Shown here: positions 9,681 through 18,964 of the stretch, in pieces
Position numbering within the stretch: the stretch's first letter is position 1
How the letters are laid out: the number at the start of each line of letters is the position of its first letter
Sequence record: SRR2962707_4969
Length of the DNA stretch: 37,484 nucleotides
Reading direction: 5' to 3' (one strand)
Position numbers and translations under genes: made by a program
The notes under the pieces: generated by a model
What the model saw: only the letters and a program-made list of their open reading frames with translations
The model's database searches: none
What the model was told of the DNA's origin: nothing

Positions 9681-9730
9681 TATTAGTGGATGACGTAACG
9701 CAAAGACCACTCACTGGAGGAGTGACTCAA

Positions 9731-10411
9731 ATGAAAAAATTGACTCAAGGCTTGGCAATGGCTGCAGCCGTCGGTTTTGCCGGAGTAGCTCAGGCTGCCT
9801 ATATCGATTCTGTTGCCAATGCAAACGCACCTGGCGCTGTAGCTGAGCAAAGTGTTCCGGGAGACAACGATTACGCCACTCGCGTAGGTGGTACCTGGAC
9901 AGCGGATGCACCTCTGTACAACGTGGGTGATACCGTACTGTTCGGCCACAACCTGAAATCCACCAGCTCCGATCCGTTCAAGCTGACCTTCACCTACCTG
10001 GGTAAAGAAGCGAACGATAACAACCAGTTTTACTGGGGTAACACGCTGGTATTCGATACCAACAGCAACCCTGATGACCAGTTCAGCGCCGTATTCTACG
10101 GTGGTCTTGACGCCCTGCTGAACTTCAAGTTCATCAACGGCAGTGGTGTTACCATCAACAATGACGGCACCAACGGCAGTCAGTTCAACAACATTGCCAA
10201 ACCGAACTCCAGCACCAACTTCAACCTCTTCTATGTTGAAGAAGATTACTTCGTAATCAGCCTGGACGATGGCTATGTTGGCGATGATAACCATGACGAT
10301 ATGGTGATCGCGGTTCGTGCCACCAAGGTTCCCGAGCCTGGCACGCTGGCTCTGCTTGGCCTTGGTCTCGCTGGCATTGCCGTCCGGATGAAAGGCCGTA
10401 AAAAAGCCTGA
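9731..10411 (+). CDS. PEP-CTERM sorting domain protein, Asn/Asp-rich, with a DUF4114-like motif
   Basis: ATG 9731 follows GGAGGAG (the 9596 start would run through the promoter); signal peptide MKKLTQG...AQA; LDDGYVGDDNHDDMVIAV; C-terminus VPEPGTLALLGLGLAGIAV-RMKGRKKA. Confidence 0.93.
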   Translation: MKKLTQGLAMAAAVGFAGVAQAAYIDSVANANAPGAVAEQSVPGDNDYATRVGGTWTADAPLYNVGDTVLFGHNLKSTSSDPFKLTFTYLGKEANDNNQFYWGNTLVFDTNSNPDDQFSAVFYGGLDALLNFKFINGSGVTINNDGTNGSQFNNIAKPNSSTNFNLFYVEEDYFVISLDDGYVGDDNHDDMVIAVRATKVPEPGTLALLGLGLAGIAVRMKGRKKA

Positions 10412-10434
10412 CATCGAGTTCTATGCTACGCTTT

Positions 10435-10461
10435 AAAAGCCCTGCACTTGCAGGGCTTTTT
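10435..10461 (+). terminator. Rho-independent terminator, potentially bidirectional
   Basis: AAAAGCCCTGCA-CT-TGCAGGGCTTTTT, just after the PEP-CTERM stop. Confidence 0.88.
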
Positions 10462-10478
10462 CATTTCAGGTCAGGTTC

Positions 10479-11549
10479 ATGGATGTACTGATTGTTTATG
10501 CCAATAGCGGCAGAGGGCTGCAAAAAGATGCTAGGATACTGGAAGCAGCCCTGCAGCGGCTTGGGCACCAGACCAGGCAGGTTCGACTGCCCCCTACTCC
10601 CGTATGGCGTTCCCGCCTTTCAGCTTATCGATTCAAGGCATTAAAACGATTTTGCCCCGGATTTCTCAGCAAACTCTTCTATCGCAGTCAGATCGGCTTA
10701 CTCAGGCTGCTACGTCCGGTTCAACAGGCGGATCTCGTCATTCACCTCGAGAATGTCTGGATATCTCAATTGGCTGCTGGCCGACACCACTGGCTCATCC
10801 CTAACCAGGAATGGTTCATTGAATCGAGAGGTCCCTACCTCAGCTTTACCAACCGTATACTCTGCAAAACACACCACGCGGTATCGATTTTTTCCGCCTT
10901 ACATGCAGACACCCACTACCTAGGGTTTACCGGCGGTGAAGTTAGCGCCCGGACCAGCTCAGAAAGGAAAGACTACCGTTTGGCGTTGCATGTAGCTGGC
11001 AACAGTCAGTTCAAGGGCACGCAACGTGTTATGGCATGTTGGCAGAGGCATCCAGAATGGCCAGAACTGGTCGTTGTCTCCCAGCATCTGGACACCACCC
11101 CCGCCGCCAATATCAGGGTAGAGAAAAATCTCTCGAACAATGAACTAAACACACTCTGGGCCCAGGCCGGTTTCGCGGTACTACCTTCTGAGGTGGAGGG
11201 TTATGGCCAGGTACTGGCAGAGGCCATGGCTTACGGATGTATTACAATAACAACTGATGCACCGCCCATGAACGAGCTGGTTGGGAAGGACAGAGGCTTT
11301 CTGGCACACGTGGAAAGAAAGCTGACGTTTCGCCTGGGCACCCGTTACCTTGTCTCAGAGCAAGCTCTGGAGCAGAGTATTCAAGCTGCGATAGACCAGC
11401 CACCGGCCACGCTGGCCCACATGTCCCGGCTGGCAATCGAATGGTATTCAACCAATCACGAACAGTTTCTGTCCCGATTAGAGAGCCAACTCAACGATCT
11501 GATCGCACCACCTCTTGATCAATCTGCTCAAGAATCACCGGAAAAGTAG
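10479..11549 (+). CDS. GT-B glycosyltransferase (GT4-like)
   Basis: HVAGNSQFKG and LPSEVEGYGQVLAEAMAYG (EX7E), TTDAPPMNE. Confidence 0.8.
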   Translation: MDVLIVYANSGRGLQKDARILEAALQRLGHQTRQVRLPPTPVWRSRLSAYRFKALKRFCPGFLSKLFYRSQIGLLRLLRPVQQADLVIHLENVWISQLAAGRHHWLIPNQEWFIESRGPYLSFTNRILCKTHHAVSIFSALHADTHYLGFTGGEVSARTSSERKDYRLALHVAGNSQFKGTQRVMACWQRHPEWPELVVVSQHLDTTPAANIRVEKNLSNNELNTLWAQAGFAVLPSEVEGYGQVLAEAMAYGCITITTDAPPMNELVGKDRGFLAHVERKLTFRLGTRYLVSEQALEQSIQAAIDQPPATLAHMSRLAIEWYSTNHEQFLSRLESQLNDLIAPPLDQSAQESPEK

Positions 11550-13044
11550 ACTCGATAAACTCAGCGAGCGTTGCAGTCACCTCACAGCCATCACACGCCA
11601 CTGCGGAGATGAGTAAAGAGGCATCATCACGGCCACTGAAGAACCCGCCCACCTGAGCAAGCTTCGCGCGCCACTGATCGGTTTCCCACTGCCCCTGAAC
11701 AAAGTAGCTATATCCCAGATGCACACGTTGTCCGGAAACACGATGTTTCAGGGTGACTCCCTGCACCGGGATATTCAGGCTGTTTTCAACATCAAAGAAG
11801 CCTTCCGGAATCCAGGATTCACGGTCATAAAGGCGGTTACTGTACTGGATGAGTTCCGCACGATGCCTCTGATAGTCATAGGTAAACGCGCCGAGATAGT
11901 AGGTTGTGCCCAAACCTTGCCCTGCGCGGGCCTGCAAACGGTCGAACAGGGTCTGCGCATACACCCTGTCTGGATTGAGAACGTTGGGGCGCCACCCCTC
12001 CAGTGCAGATCCGAACACCGGGGAATACCTTTCACTTAAATCAATGGCGTACCCTTCGGGTTCAGAAGCAATGTTGCCTCGCTTGTCCGGCAAAGCAACC
12101 CAGGTAACCAGCCCCAACAGCGCGACAACCGTTACAGCAACGGTAGCTTTACCTGCGGGTTTACCGTGATCTTGCTTCTCGTCATTGTCCTGGCTGGCAA
12201 CAACCTGGTCGTCCCGTTTCTCAAGCTGACGAGCCAGAAAATAGAGGGGAACAAGCGTGCCCGCAAACACCCACCAGCCAAAGTTTTCATGATCCTCGAT
12301 CAGGCCGGACTGCATGTTCGTTTCATACCCCATGTAGATGATGACGAACACCCGGATCCAGTTGGCAAGTAGAGCGAATGCCACCCCCAAACAGAATAAC
12401 TTGACGCGGGATCGTAACCTCGACAGGTATAACTCGCCATAAATCAGAACCAGCGCCTGTCCCACCAGCAGATACCGGAGTCCAGAGCACCCATGAGCAA
12501 CTTCAAAGGTTCCGACACCGATGAGGTAAACGAAAACGCCCTCCACCTCAAAATCAATATCGAAAAAACCCAACAGGACCTTATTAACGGCAACGGTAAT
12601 TACCTGTAGCGTCCAGGCCAGGAAATCCCACACAGGAATGGTCAGAAACAGCAAACCCAGCGGCACAATGAACCAGCGAGCCTGGCGCCACCCCATCAGC
12701 GTCGCGCAGGCAGCAAACAAAAGAGGCACCAGCGCCAATTGCTGAAGCGCCTGAAGACGAATCAACCCGCCGACCCAATAGGCAAGCAGACAGGCTATCA
12801 AAGGAAGAACCCAAACCGGGGCGAAGCCCGGGGCCACCGGATTGGTCTTCGCCTTTCGCCAGATCAGATACAGCGACACGCCGGCTAACAAAAGACCATG
12901 GGAGTATGATTCGTCCCACTTTAACCATCGCGTCACGATTCCCTCCAGAGTAGGGAAAGTAACGAATGCCAGCACACATAAGACAAGCAGGAACGGCCAC
13001 AGGCGACTCATCAGGCTGATAGACGGCATCCTTTCCATATTCAT
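11491..13044 (-). CDS. xrtA: Exosortase (EpsH/XrtA-like) fused to a C-terminal EpsI-like periplasmic domain
   Basis: YSHG motif, about 8 TM segments, catalytic Cys in VAHGCSGLRYL, Arg in ANWIRV, His in DHENFGW; soluble C-terminal domain; subtype inferred from context. Confidence 0.85.
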   Translation of the reverse strand: MNMERMPSISLMSRLWPFLLVLCVLAFVTFPTLEGIVTRWLKWDESYSHGLLLAGVSLYLIWRKAKTNPVAPGFAPVWVLPLIACLLAYWVGGLIRLQALQQLALVPLLFAACATLMGWRQARWFIVPLGLLFLTIPVWDFLAWTLQVITVAVNKVLLGFFDIDFEVEGVFVYLIGVGTFEVAHGCSGLRYLLVGQALVLIYGELYLSRLRSRVKLFCLGVAFALLANWIRVFVIIYMGYETNMQSGLIEDHENFGWWVFAGTLVPLYFLARQLEKRDDQVVASQDNDEKQDHGKPAGKATVAVTVVALLGLVTWVALPDKRGNIASEPEGYAIDLSERYSPVFGSALEGWRPNVLNPDRVYAQTLFDRLQARAGQGLGTTYYLGAFTYDYQRHRAELIQYSNRLYDRESWIPEGFFDVENSLNIPVQGVTLKHRVSGQRVHLGYSYFVQGQWETDQWRAKLAQVGGFFSGRDDASLLISAVACDGCEVTATLAEFIESTFPVILEQIDQEVVRSDR

Positions 13045-13056
13045 GACAACACCCGC

Positions 13057-14178
13057 TCAGAGACGAAAGAAACGATTAATTGAGGACACTAAACGGGGCG
13101 GCATACAACCCCTTGCCCCATAAGCCATTTTAAGAATGGGAGAACGAACATACTCAACGGTGGTAAACAACACCTGCTCCCCTCTGAAGTGCTGTTTGTA
13201 GAACGTGTTTTTCCCGGACCCGGCCAGCAAGTCGTAACTGACAATACTCGAATCCTGAAAGGATCGCTCAATGGCGTAACCCAAATGGAGCGTGCCCAAG
13301 GACAATTTGTTGTGGAAATCCTGCATGAACCCCGCCTGCAGGTTGTATACCCGATTCCCGGCACGGACATCATAAAGTACAGACACAATCTGATTGTCGG
13401 CTCTCAGTACCGACATTCTCGCGGATTGGCTTCCAGAGAGCCTGTTCAGAAGTGCCTCATGGAAGCGAACAGCATTATCGTCAAAGCAGGGCTTTCCCCA
13501 ACGCTCGCAATGAAAACGATTGAGTATTGCCAGAAACGTCTCCGGGGTCTGCCATTCCTCGAAGGAACCATTCAAGGTACCTTCAAACAACTCTCGCCGA
13601 TTATAGGCTTTCAGACGGGTATTCTTTCCAAGCCTTGATAACCAGTCCGTAAACTGCCCCTGAGTTGGAATCACCACACCTTCCGACTCACTCCGAACCA
13701 CCCGGGAGAGAGCCAGCGTGTGGCTCAGGCCAGATTCGATCATACTCATTGATCTCGCGGAGGCATCCGCAATAATCATCTCATCCCACCGGACCTCAGC
13801 GAGATAACTCCCGAGCGCCTGCAGGATGGCCAGTTGCTCACGCCGATCCACAATGACGCCCACATATTCCGTGCGCACCGTAGGCCCCAGCTTCCAGGCA
13901 TTGCCTACCACATGCAGCCTTCGAACTTTCCATCCCAGCGGCGTGCTGACGGCACTCAGGTAGAGCGGAGCCAGGCCAACCAGCGTATCGCCCGGGGCGT
14001 ATACGCCCAGCAGCAACAGATCAAGGTTCAGTCTATCGCCCCAGGTTTCCCACCAGGACGCCTGCCAGGCCCAGCTCATGAACAGCGGGTCGGCATTACT
14101 CTGCTCCAGCAGATGGTCCCAGCTTTCCTGCAGCCTGAAAAACTCTTTCTCAGACAAGCGACGAACGGTATAAGTCAC
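13057..14178 (-). CDS. GNAT-family acyltransferase (CelD/BcsL-like)
   Basis: W..L....DPLFMSWAW..SWW, LVGLAPL, SLGTLHL, YDLLAGSG..YK; GTG start overlaps the upstream stop. Confidence 0.78.
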   Translation of the reverse strand: MTYTVRRLSEKEFFRLQESWDHLLEQSNADPLFMSWAWQASWWETWGDRLNLDLLLLGVYAPGDTLVGLAPLYLSAVSTPLGWKVRRLHVVGNAWKLGPTVRTEYVGVIVDRREQLAILQALGSYLAEVRWDEMIIADASARSMSMIESGLSHTLALSRVVRSESEGVVIPTQGQFTDWLSRLGKNTRLKAYNRRELFEGTLNGSFEEWQTPETFLAILNRFHCERWGKPCFDDNAVRFHEALLNRLSGSQSARMSVLRADNQIVSVLYDVRAGNRVYNLQAGFMQDFHNKLSLGTLHLGYAIERSFQDSSIVSYDLLAGSGKNTFYKQHFRGEQVLFTTVEYVRSPILKMAYGARGCMPPRLVSSINRFFRL

Positions 14179-15074
14179 ATTCGCCTCCCTCGGCTGGAAG
14201 TTAGCAGCATTTTTACAGCGAACCGCCAGGGGCCCATCCAGAACGGGTCCTTCGACAATGACCGAAGCAAAGAACGAAAGGCCTGGCGACGCTGACCAGA
14301 CGAGTACTCATATCGCCCTTTCCGAATAAAAAAATAACTTAACCCCCGGCGGGCCTCACCCCGGGTAACCGCTGAAGGATAGGCTTTCAGAAAGCTCTGG
14401 ACCAACTGCTCGTTCGCTCGAAACCGGCTCTCCTTGTCAGAGGAAATCTGGTTTTCCATAACCCGGTAATACCCAAGCACCGCTGGAACATATAGAAACT
14501 GATAGCGGGTGGAAAAACGCAACCAGAGCCCGTAGTCCTCCGCCAACCGATCAGCGCTGTCAAAGCCCCCCATTTCGTCAAAGCAGCGCTTGCGGGTCAT
14601 AGTTGTGTTCATGCTCACGAAATTATCCCGGAGCAACTGTGGCGTGATACGGCCGGAATAGCGAGCCATACGATTCACACCATGTTCGTGCCCTTCCCCG
14701 TCTATGGTTATGAAATCACCATAGACGATATCCGCCTCGGGATGTTCCTCAAAGGCCTTCAGACTGTTTTCCAGCTTTGTACTCACCCAGGCATTATCAG
14801 AGTCGAGAAAGCAGATGAACTGGCCACGCGCCTCGGCAATTCCGCGATTCCGGGCCACACTCTGCCCCTGGTTCTCCTGCTTAAGATATCGAATGCGCGA
14901 GTCCGCCAGATACCGTTCCATCAGCTCGGCGGTGCCGTCCGTGGAACCATCGTCGATAACGATCAATTCGAAATCAGAAACCGATTGAGACAGAACGCTC
15001 TCAACCGCAAACGGCAGGTAGTCAGCCCGATTAAATGTTGGCGTAATGACCGACACCAGAGGATTAGAAGACAT
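14175..15074 (-). CDS. GT2 glycosyltransferase
   Basis: VSVITPTFN, IDDGSTD, FLDSDN, AEDYGLW. Confidence 0.9.
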   Translation of the reverse strand: MSSNPLVSVITPTFNRADYLPFAVESVLSQSVSDFELIVIDDGSTDGTAELMERYLADSRIRYLKQENQGQSVARNRGIAEARGQFICFLDSDNAWVSTKLENSLKAFEEHPEADIVYGDFITIDGEGHEHGVNRMARYSGRITPQLLRDNFVSMNTTMTRKRCFDEMGGFDSADRLAEDYGLWLRFSTRYQFLYVPAVLGYYRVMENQISSDKESRFRANEQLVQSFLKAYPSAVTRGEARRGLSYFFIRKGRYEYSSGQRRQAFRSLLRSLSKDPFWMGPWRFAVKMLLTSSRGRRM

Positions 15075-15109
15075 GACTGCTTACTTCCCTGTCTTATTCA
15101 TCGTTGTTT

Positions 15110-15991
15110 TTATTTCAGCGCTACCGCAAGCAGCGCTCGCCAGACGTTGGTTTCTGCCGGCGCATACTTCAGCGCTTTCATGATTTCTTTGATGCCCGCA
15201 AGCTTTTTACCCACGGCGCCCAGGTAACGCCCCTTTCTGATGTAGAAATGGGCAAATCCCTTATCGAATTCACTCGCACTGAGGGCCTCAGGATACTCTC
15301 GGCGAAAGTCGCGAATGATGGCTTCATTGACCCGGAACCGCTGTGTTTTATCCGACGAAATCTGATCTTCCATCACTCGATACCAGGCCCAGTATTCCGG
15401 CTCATAGCGAAACTGATACCGGGCGGAAAACCGTAGCCACAAATCATAGTCGTCAGCCACACGTCGTTTTCCGCTCATGCCGCCCATCTCATCAAAGCAG
15501 CGGCGCCTTGCCATTGTGGTGTTCATGGCAACACAGTTGTCCCGAATCATCCTCGCGGCAATGCGTCCCGAATAACGCGACATATTCTTGCGGCTGATCT
15601 CAGCACCCTGTTCGTTGATAATCACATTATCGCCATATAGCACATCCACTTCCGGATGCTGTTCAAAAACCCTGACTTGTTTCTCCAGCTTATCAAGCGG
15701 CCAATAGTTATCCGAATCCAGGAAGCATATGAAGTCGCCGGACGCCTCCGCCAGAGCCACATTTCGGGCCACACTCTGCCCCTGGTTTTCCTGCTGGAAC
15801 AGACGGACGCGTTCATCCTGCAGGTAGGGTTCAAGCAGTTCCACCGTGTTATCCGTTGAACCGTCATCGACGATCAGAAATTCAAAGTTTCCGTACGTCT
15901 GCCCCATCACACTCTCAACCGCCTGGAGAATAAACTCCGCACGGTTATAGGTAGGAGTGATAATAGTGATCAAAGGGTCTTTAGCCGACAT
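15110..15991 (-). CDS. GT2 glycosyltransferase (paralogue of the neighbouring gene)
   Basis: ITIITPTYN, VDDGSTD, FLDSDN, ADDYDLW. Confidence 0.9.
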   Translation of the reverse strand: MSAKDPLITIITPTYNRAEFILQAVESVMGQTYGNFEFLIVDDGSTDNTVELLEPYLQDERVRLFQQENQGQSVARNVALAEASGDFICFLDSDNYWPLDKLEKQVRVFEQHPEVDVLYGDNVIINEQGAEISRKNMSRYSGRIAARMIRDNCVAMNTTMARRRCFDEMGGMSGKRRVADDYDLWLRFSARYQFRYEPEYWAWYRVMEDQISSDKTQRFRVNEAIIRDFRREYPEALSASEFDKGFAHFYIRKGRYLGAVGKKLAGIKEIMKALKYAPAETNVWRALLAVALK

Positions 15992-17037
15992 CCGTCATCG
16001 TCCTTGTTAATACGTTCTTCATTCCACGCTTCCCGGGCAGACTGCAGCAGTTCGCCATCAGAATCCCCCCCCATAATGAACCAGCCGCTGGCGCAATCTC
16101 CGCTTGACGAAACTCGCTGTGGTGATTCCCACACAAAAAATCGGGGTTGTTCACGGCCTTGATAGAACCCGTGCGCTTTCATGACCTGCTTCAGCTCCAA
16201 ATCGGACGTCAATGCAGAATAAGAGGTCGCATTCGGCCATTCCCGCAGCATTGCCTCCACAACCGCCGACTTCAGCGCTGCTGAAGCCGCAGGTCCGATG
16301 TAATCGACCAGCCGAACCTGTCGGTCATCCGCACGGACAACCCCCAGAGCTTTCAGGGAATCATCCTCGTCCCGTACTTCCAGAAATGAATACTGTGCAA
16401 ACGGATGCCGCTGATAGCGCCAGTCAAGGTAAGCCCAGTCTCTCACAACAACCTTGTCGTAGCCTTGCGCAACTGCCGCCCACAACTCATCAATCTGTTC
16501 TCTGGGTGGCAATTGCTGCAGGAGAGACGCCCGCATGTGTCCGCTCTGCACTGGGCGGTTAACCAGTCGAGTGCAAAATTGCAGAAGCATCAAAGCCCAG
16601 TCACGAGCGCTACGAGGCTGACGGATTTTACGAAGAAAATGCACCTGGTCGCTGGCACGCCAACCCATCCGATGCAATACGATGGCGGCGACCGGGCTGA
16701 TGCCAAACGACATAAGAATGGGAGAGCGTTGTGCCAACTCTACTTTGATCAACCGGCCTACGCCCTTTCCGCGCTGGCGCTCAGACACCTTGAAGTCGCA
16801 GCTCCACATGGCCTGTGTTGGCCGGCCATTCCATAGAATACTTACCGGCACCACCCCGTTGAAGCCGACAACCGAACCGTTCTCTTCCGCTACCACCGGA
16901 GCAAAGCCACGATCGCGCGCACCAGGATTCTCCTGGAACTGATAACTCCAGATATCACGTTTGAACGCCACATCAGCAAACAGGTTCAGCACCTGCTCCC
17001 GATGGCGTTGATCATCATAGGGTTTGATTTCAGCCAC
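15970..17037 (-). CDS. GNAT-family N-acyltransferase
   Basis: Acetyl-CoA loop V..RQRGKGVG, RDWAYLDWRY..HP, C-terminal GDSD. Confidence 0.72.
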   Translation of the reverse strand: MAEIKPYDDQRHREQVLNLFADVAFKRDIWSYQFQENPGARDRGFAPVVAEENGSVVGFNGVVPVSILWNGRPTQAMWSCDFKVSERQRGKGVGRLIKVELAQRSPILMSFGISPVAAIVLHRMGWRASDQVHFLRKIRQPRSARDWALMLLQFCTRLVNRPVQSGHMRASLLQQLPPREQIDELWAAVAQGYDKVVVRDWAYLDWRYQRHPFAQYSFLEVRDEDDSLKALGVVRADDRQVRLVDYIGPAASAALKSAVVEAMLREWPNATSYSALTSDLELKQVMKAHGFYQGREQPRFFVWESPQRVSSSGDCASGWFIMGGDSDGELLQSAREAWNEERINKDDDGCRLKTL

Positions 17038-18961
17038 CCGTGCGCTCCAGCCATGCCAGAAACATAAGAATGCCCCATAGCTCTGCAGAGTAGTCCTCGC
17101 GCCCTTTTAGGTGCTCATGCCAATAGGCATTCACAACTGAGCGGTCGAGATAGTCCTGCTTGTCAAAGACAGACGGTTGCAGCAGCGCCTCCGCCCAGGG
17201 GCGCAGTGGGCCCCGTAACCATTGCCCCACGGGCACCGCAAACCCCTGCTTGGGCCTGTCCACCAAGGACTTTGGCACGTGGCGGTACAAAACGCTACGC
17301 AGTACCTGCTTGCCCACGCCGCCATTAAGGTTATAGCTCAACGGCAACGACAGCGCGAAGGAAACCACCTTCGGGTCTAACATCGGTATTCTGGTTTCCA
17401 GGCTACAGGCCATCGCTGCCCGGTCGACCTTCACCAGAATGTCATCGGGCAGATACCAATTCAGATCGCGCCACATCAACGCTTTCAATCCGTCGGGGGG
17501 AACAGCGTGCGGGATTGCCTGAGTCAGACCATATGTGGGTTCCTGAACGTCCCTCCGAAAACACTCGGGCTCATTCCAGAAAGAGACAGACTGCCGATAG
17601 AAATCTGACAGATCCGCGGCCGAGGCCAGCGCACGTTCCGCTTTGAGGCGATGACGAATCGCCAGCGTCGACCGACCTCGCTGGGAAGGCACCAGAGTCC
17701 GGATCGCCTGAGCCGTTGCACCCCCTGGTAAGCGGGATAACCAGCGCCGGGCGACACCGGCCGGCTTGGTTCGGCTCCGCCAACGGTTATAAACCGAGGG
17801 ATACCGAGTGTAGCCACAGAACAACTCATCTCCGCCATCACCTGACAATGCAACCGTGACATGCTTCCGTGTCATCTGGCTGACAAGAAAAGTAGGCAAC
17901 TGCGAGGAATCCGCGAAAGGCTCGTCATAGAGATCTGGCAAACGCGGCACTAGGTCAAGCGCATCCCTGGGAGTTACGTACAACTCTGTGTGTTCAGTTC
18001 CCAAATGACGGGCAACCTCTGCGGCATGCTCTGCCTCATTAAAGCCCGGCTCATCAAAGCCAATACTGAACGTTCTCACCTTCTGGCTTGCACGGGCTTG
18101 CATGAGTGCAACCACCGTGGAAGAGTCGATGCCGCCGGAGAGAAAAGCACCTAAAGGAACGTCCGATACCATCTGGTCTTCGATCACGTTCCCGAGCAAA
18201 GCCTCCAACTGGTCACTGGCAGCCTCAAAGCTTTCCGGCGCCCGGCTCTCTGTAAAGCAATCCTCAAGACACCAGTAGCGTTGCGGTTCCGGTAACGTAC
18301 CCGGTGAGGATCCATCAAGAGGAAAACGAACCAGCGAGGCAGGCGGTAATTTCAGAATCCCTTTATGAATACTGATCGGTGCCGGTATCACGTTGTGCCG
18401 GAGCAACAGCGCCAGCGCCCCAGGCTCGACACCGCCTTGCCATGCAGGATGCACCCGAAGCGCCTTTAGCTCCGAACCAAACAACAGAGTGTTGCCTTGC
18501 CATCCATAATACAATGGCTTTTCACCCATCCGGTCTCGGGCCAGAATCAGTTCCCGGCTTTTCAGATCCACCAGGGCAAAAGCAAACATTCCCGAAAACT
18601 TCGGTAGGCTCTCTTCCAACCCCCAACGCTCAATTGCGTGGAGCATCACTTCCGTGTCTGAGTGGCCCAGAAAGGTGCATCCCTCCTTTTCAAGCTCTGC
18701 TCTCAGCTGCCGAAAGTTATAGATTTCCCCATTGAAGGCAATAACAAAGCGCCGACTCGCTGACGCCATCGGCTGCGCACCCGCCGGTGACAGATCCTGA
18801 ATGGCCAACCTGCGATGCACCAGACCCACGCCAAGGTCTGCCTTGAGCCAGATACCTGAATCGTCCGGCCCCCGGTGAGCTATGGCAGCCCCCATACACT
18901 CCAGGGTGGCCTCCGGGGTTCTACCCACATCCCTGTTTACGAATCCTGCAAAGCCGCACAT
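17030..18961 (-). CDS. asnB: Asparagine synthase-like glutamine amidotransferase, probably amidating polysaccharide uronic acids
   Basis: N-terminal MCG, HRGPD, FNGEIYN, LSGGIDSS, SGDGGDELFCGY, KVDRAAM..SLETRIP, KQGF. Confidence 0.92.
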   Translation of the reverse strand: MCGFAGFVNRDVGRTPEATLECMGAAIAHRGPDDSGIWLKADLGVGLVHRRLAIQDLSPAGAQPMASASRRFVIAFNGEIYNFRQLRAELEKEGCTFLGHSDTEVMLHAIERWGLEESLPKFSGMFAFALVDLKSRELILARDRMGEKPLYYGWQGNTLLFGSELKALRVHPAWQGGVEPGALALLLRHNVIPAPISIHKGILKLPPASLVRFPLDGSSPGTLPEPQRYWCLEDCFTESRAPESFEAASDQLEALLGNVIEDQMVSDVPLGAFLSGGIDSSTVVALMQARASQKVRTFSIGFDEPGFNEAEHAAEVARHLGTEHTELYVTPRDALDLVPRLPDLYDEPFADSSQLPTFLVSQMTRKHVTVALSGDGGDELFCGYTRYPSVYNRWRSRTKPAGVARRWLSRLPGGATAQAIRTLVPSQRGRSTLAIRHRLKAERALASAADLSDFYRQSVSFWNEPECFRRDVQEPTYGLTQAIPHAVPPDGLKALMWRDLNWYLPDDILVKVDRAAMACSLETRIPMLDPKVVSFALSLPLSYNLNGGVGKQVLRSVLYRHVPKSLVDRPKQGFAVPVGQWLRGPLRPWAEALLQPSVFDKQDYLDRSVVNAYWHEHLKGREDYSAELWGILMFLAWLERTGG

Positions 18962-18964
18962 GGA

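Noticed and set aside
9683-10414. 243-aa antisense ORF opposite the PEP-CTERM gene
   Set aside because: In-register shadow of a codon-biased gene; no recognisable motifs
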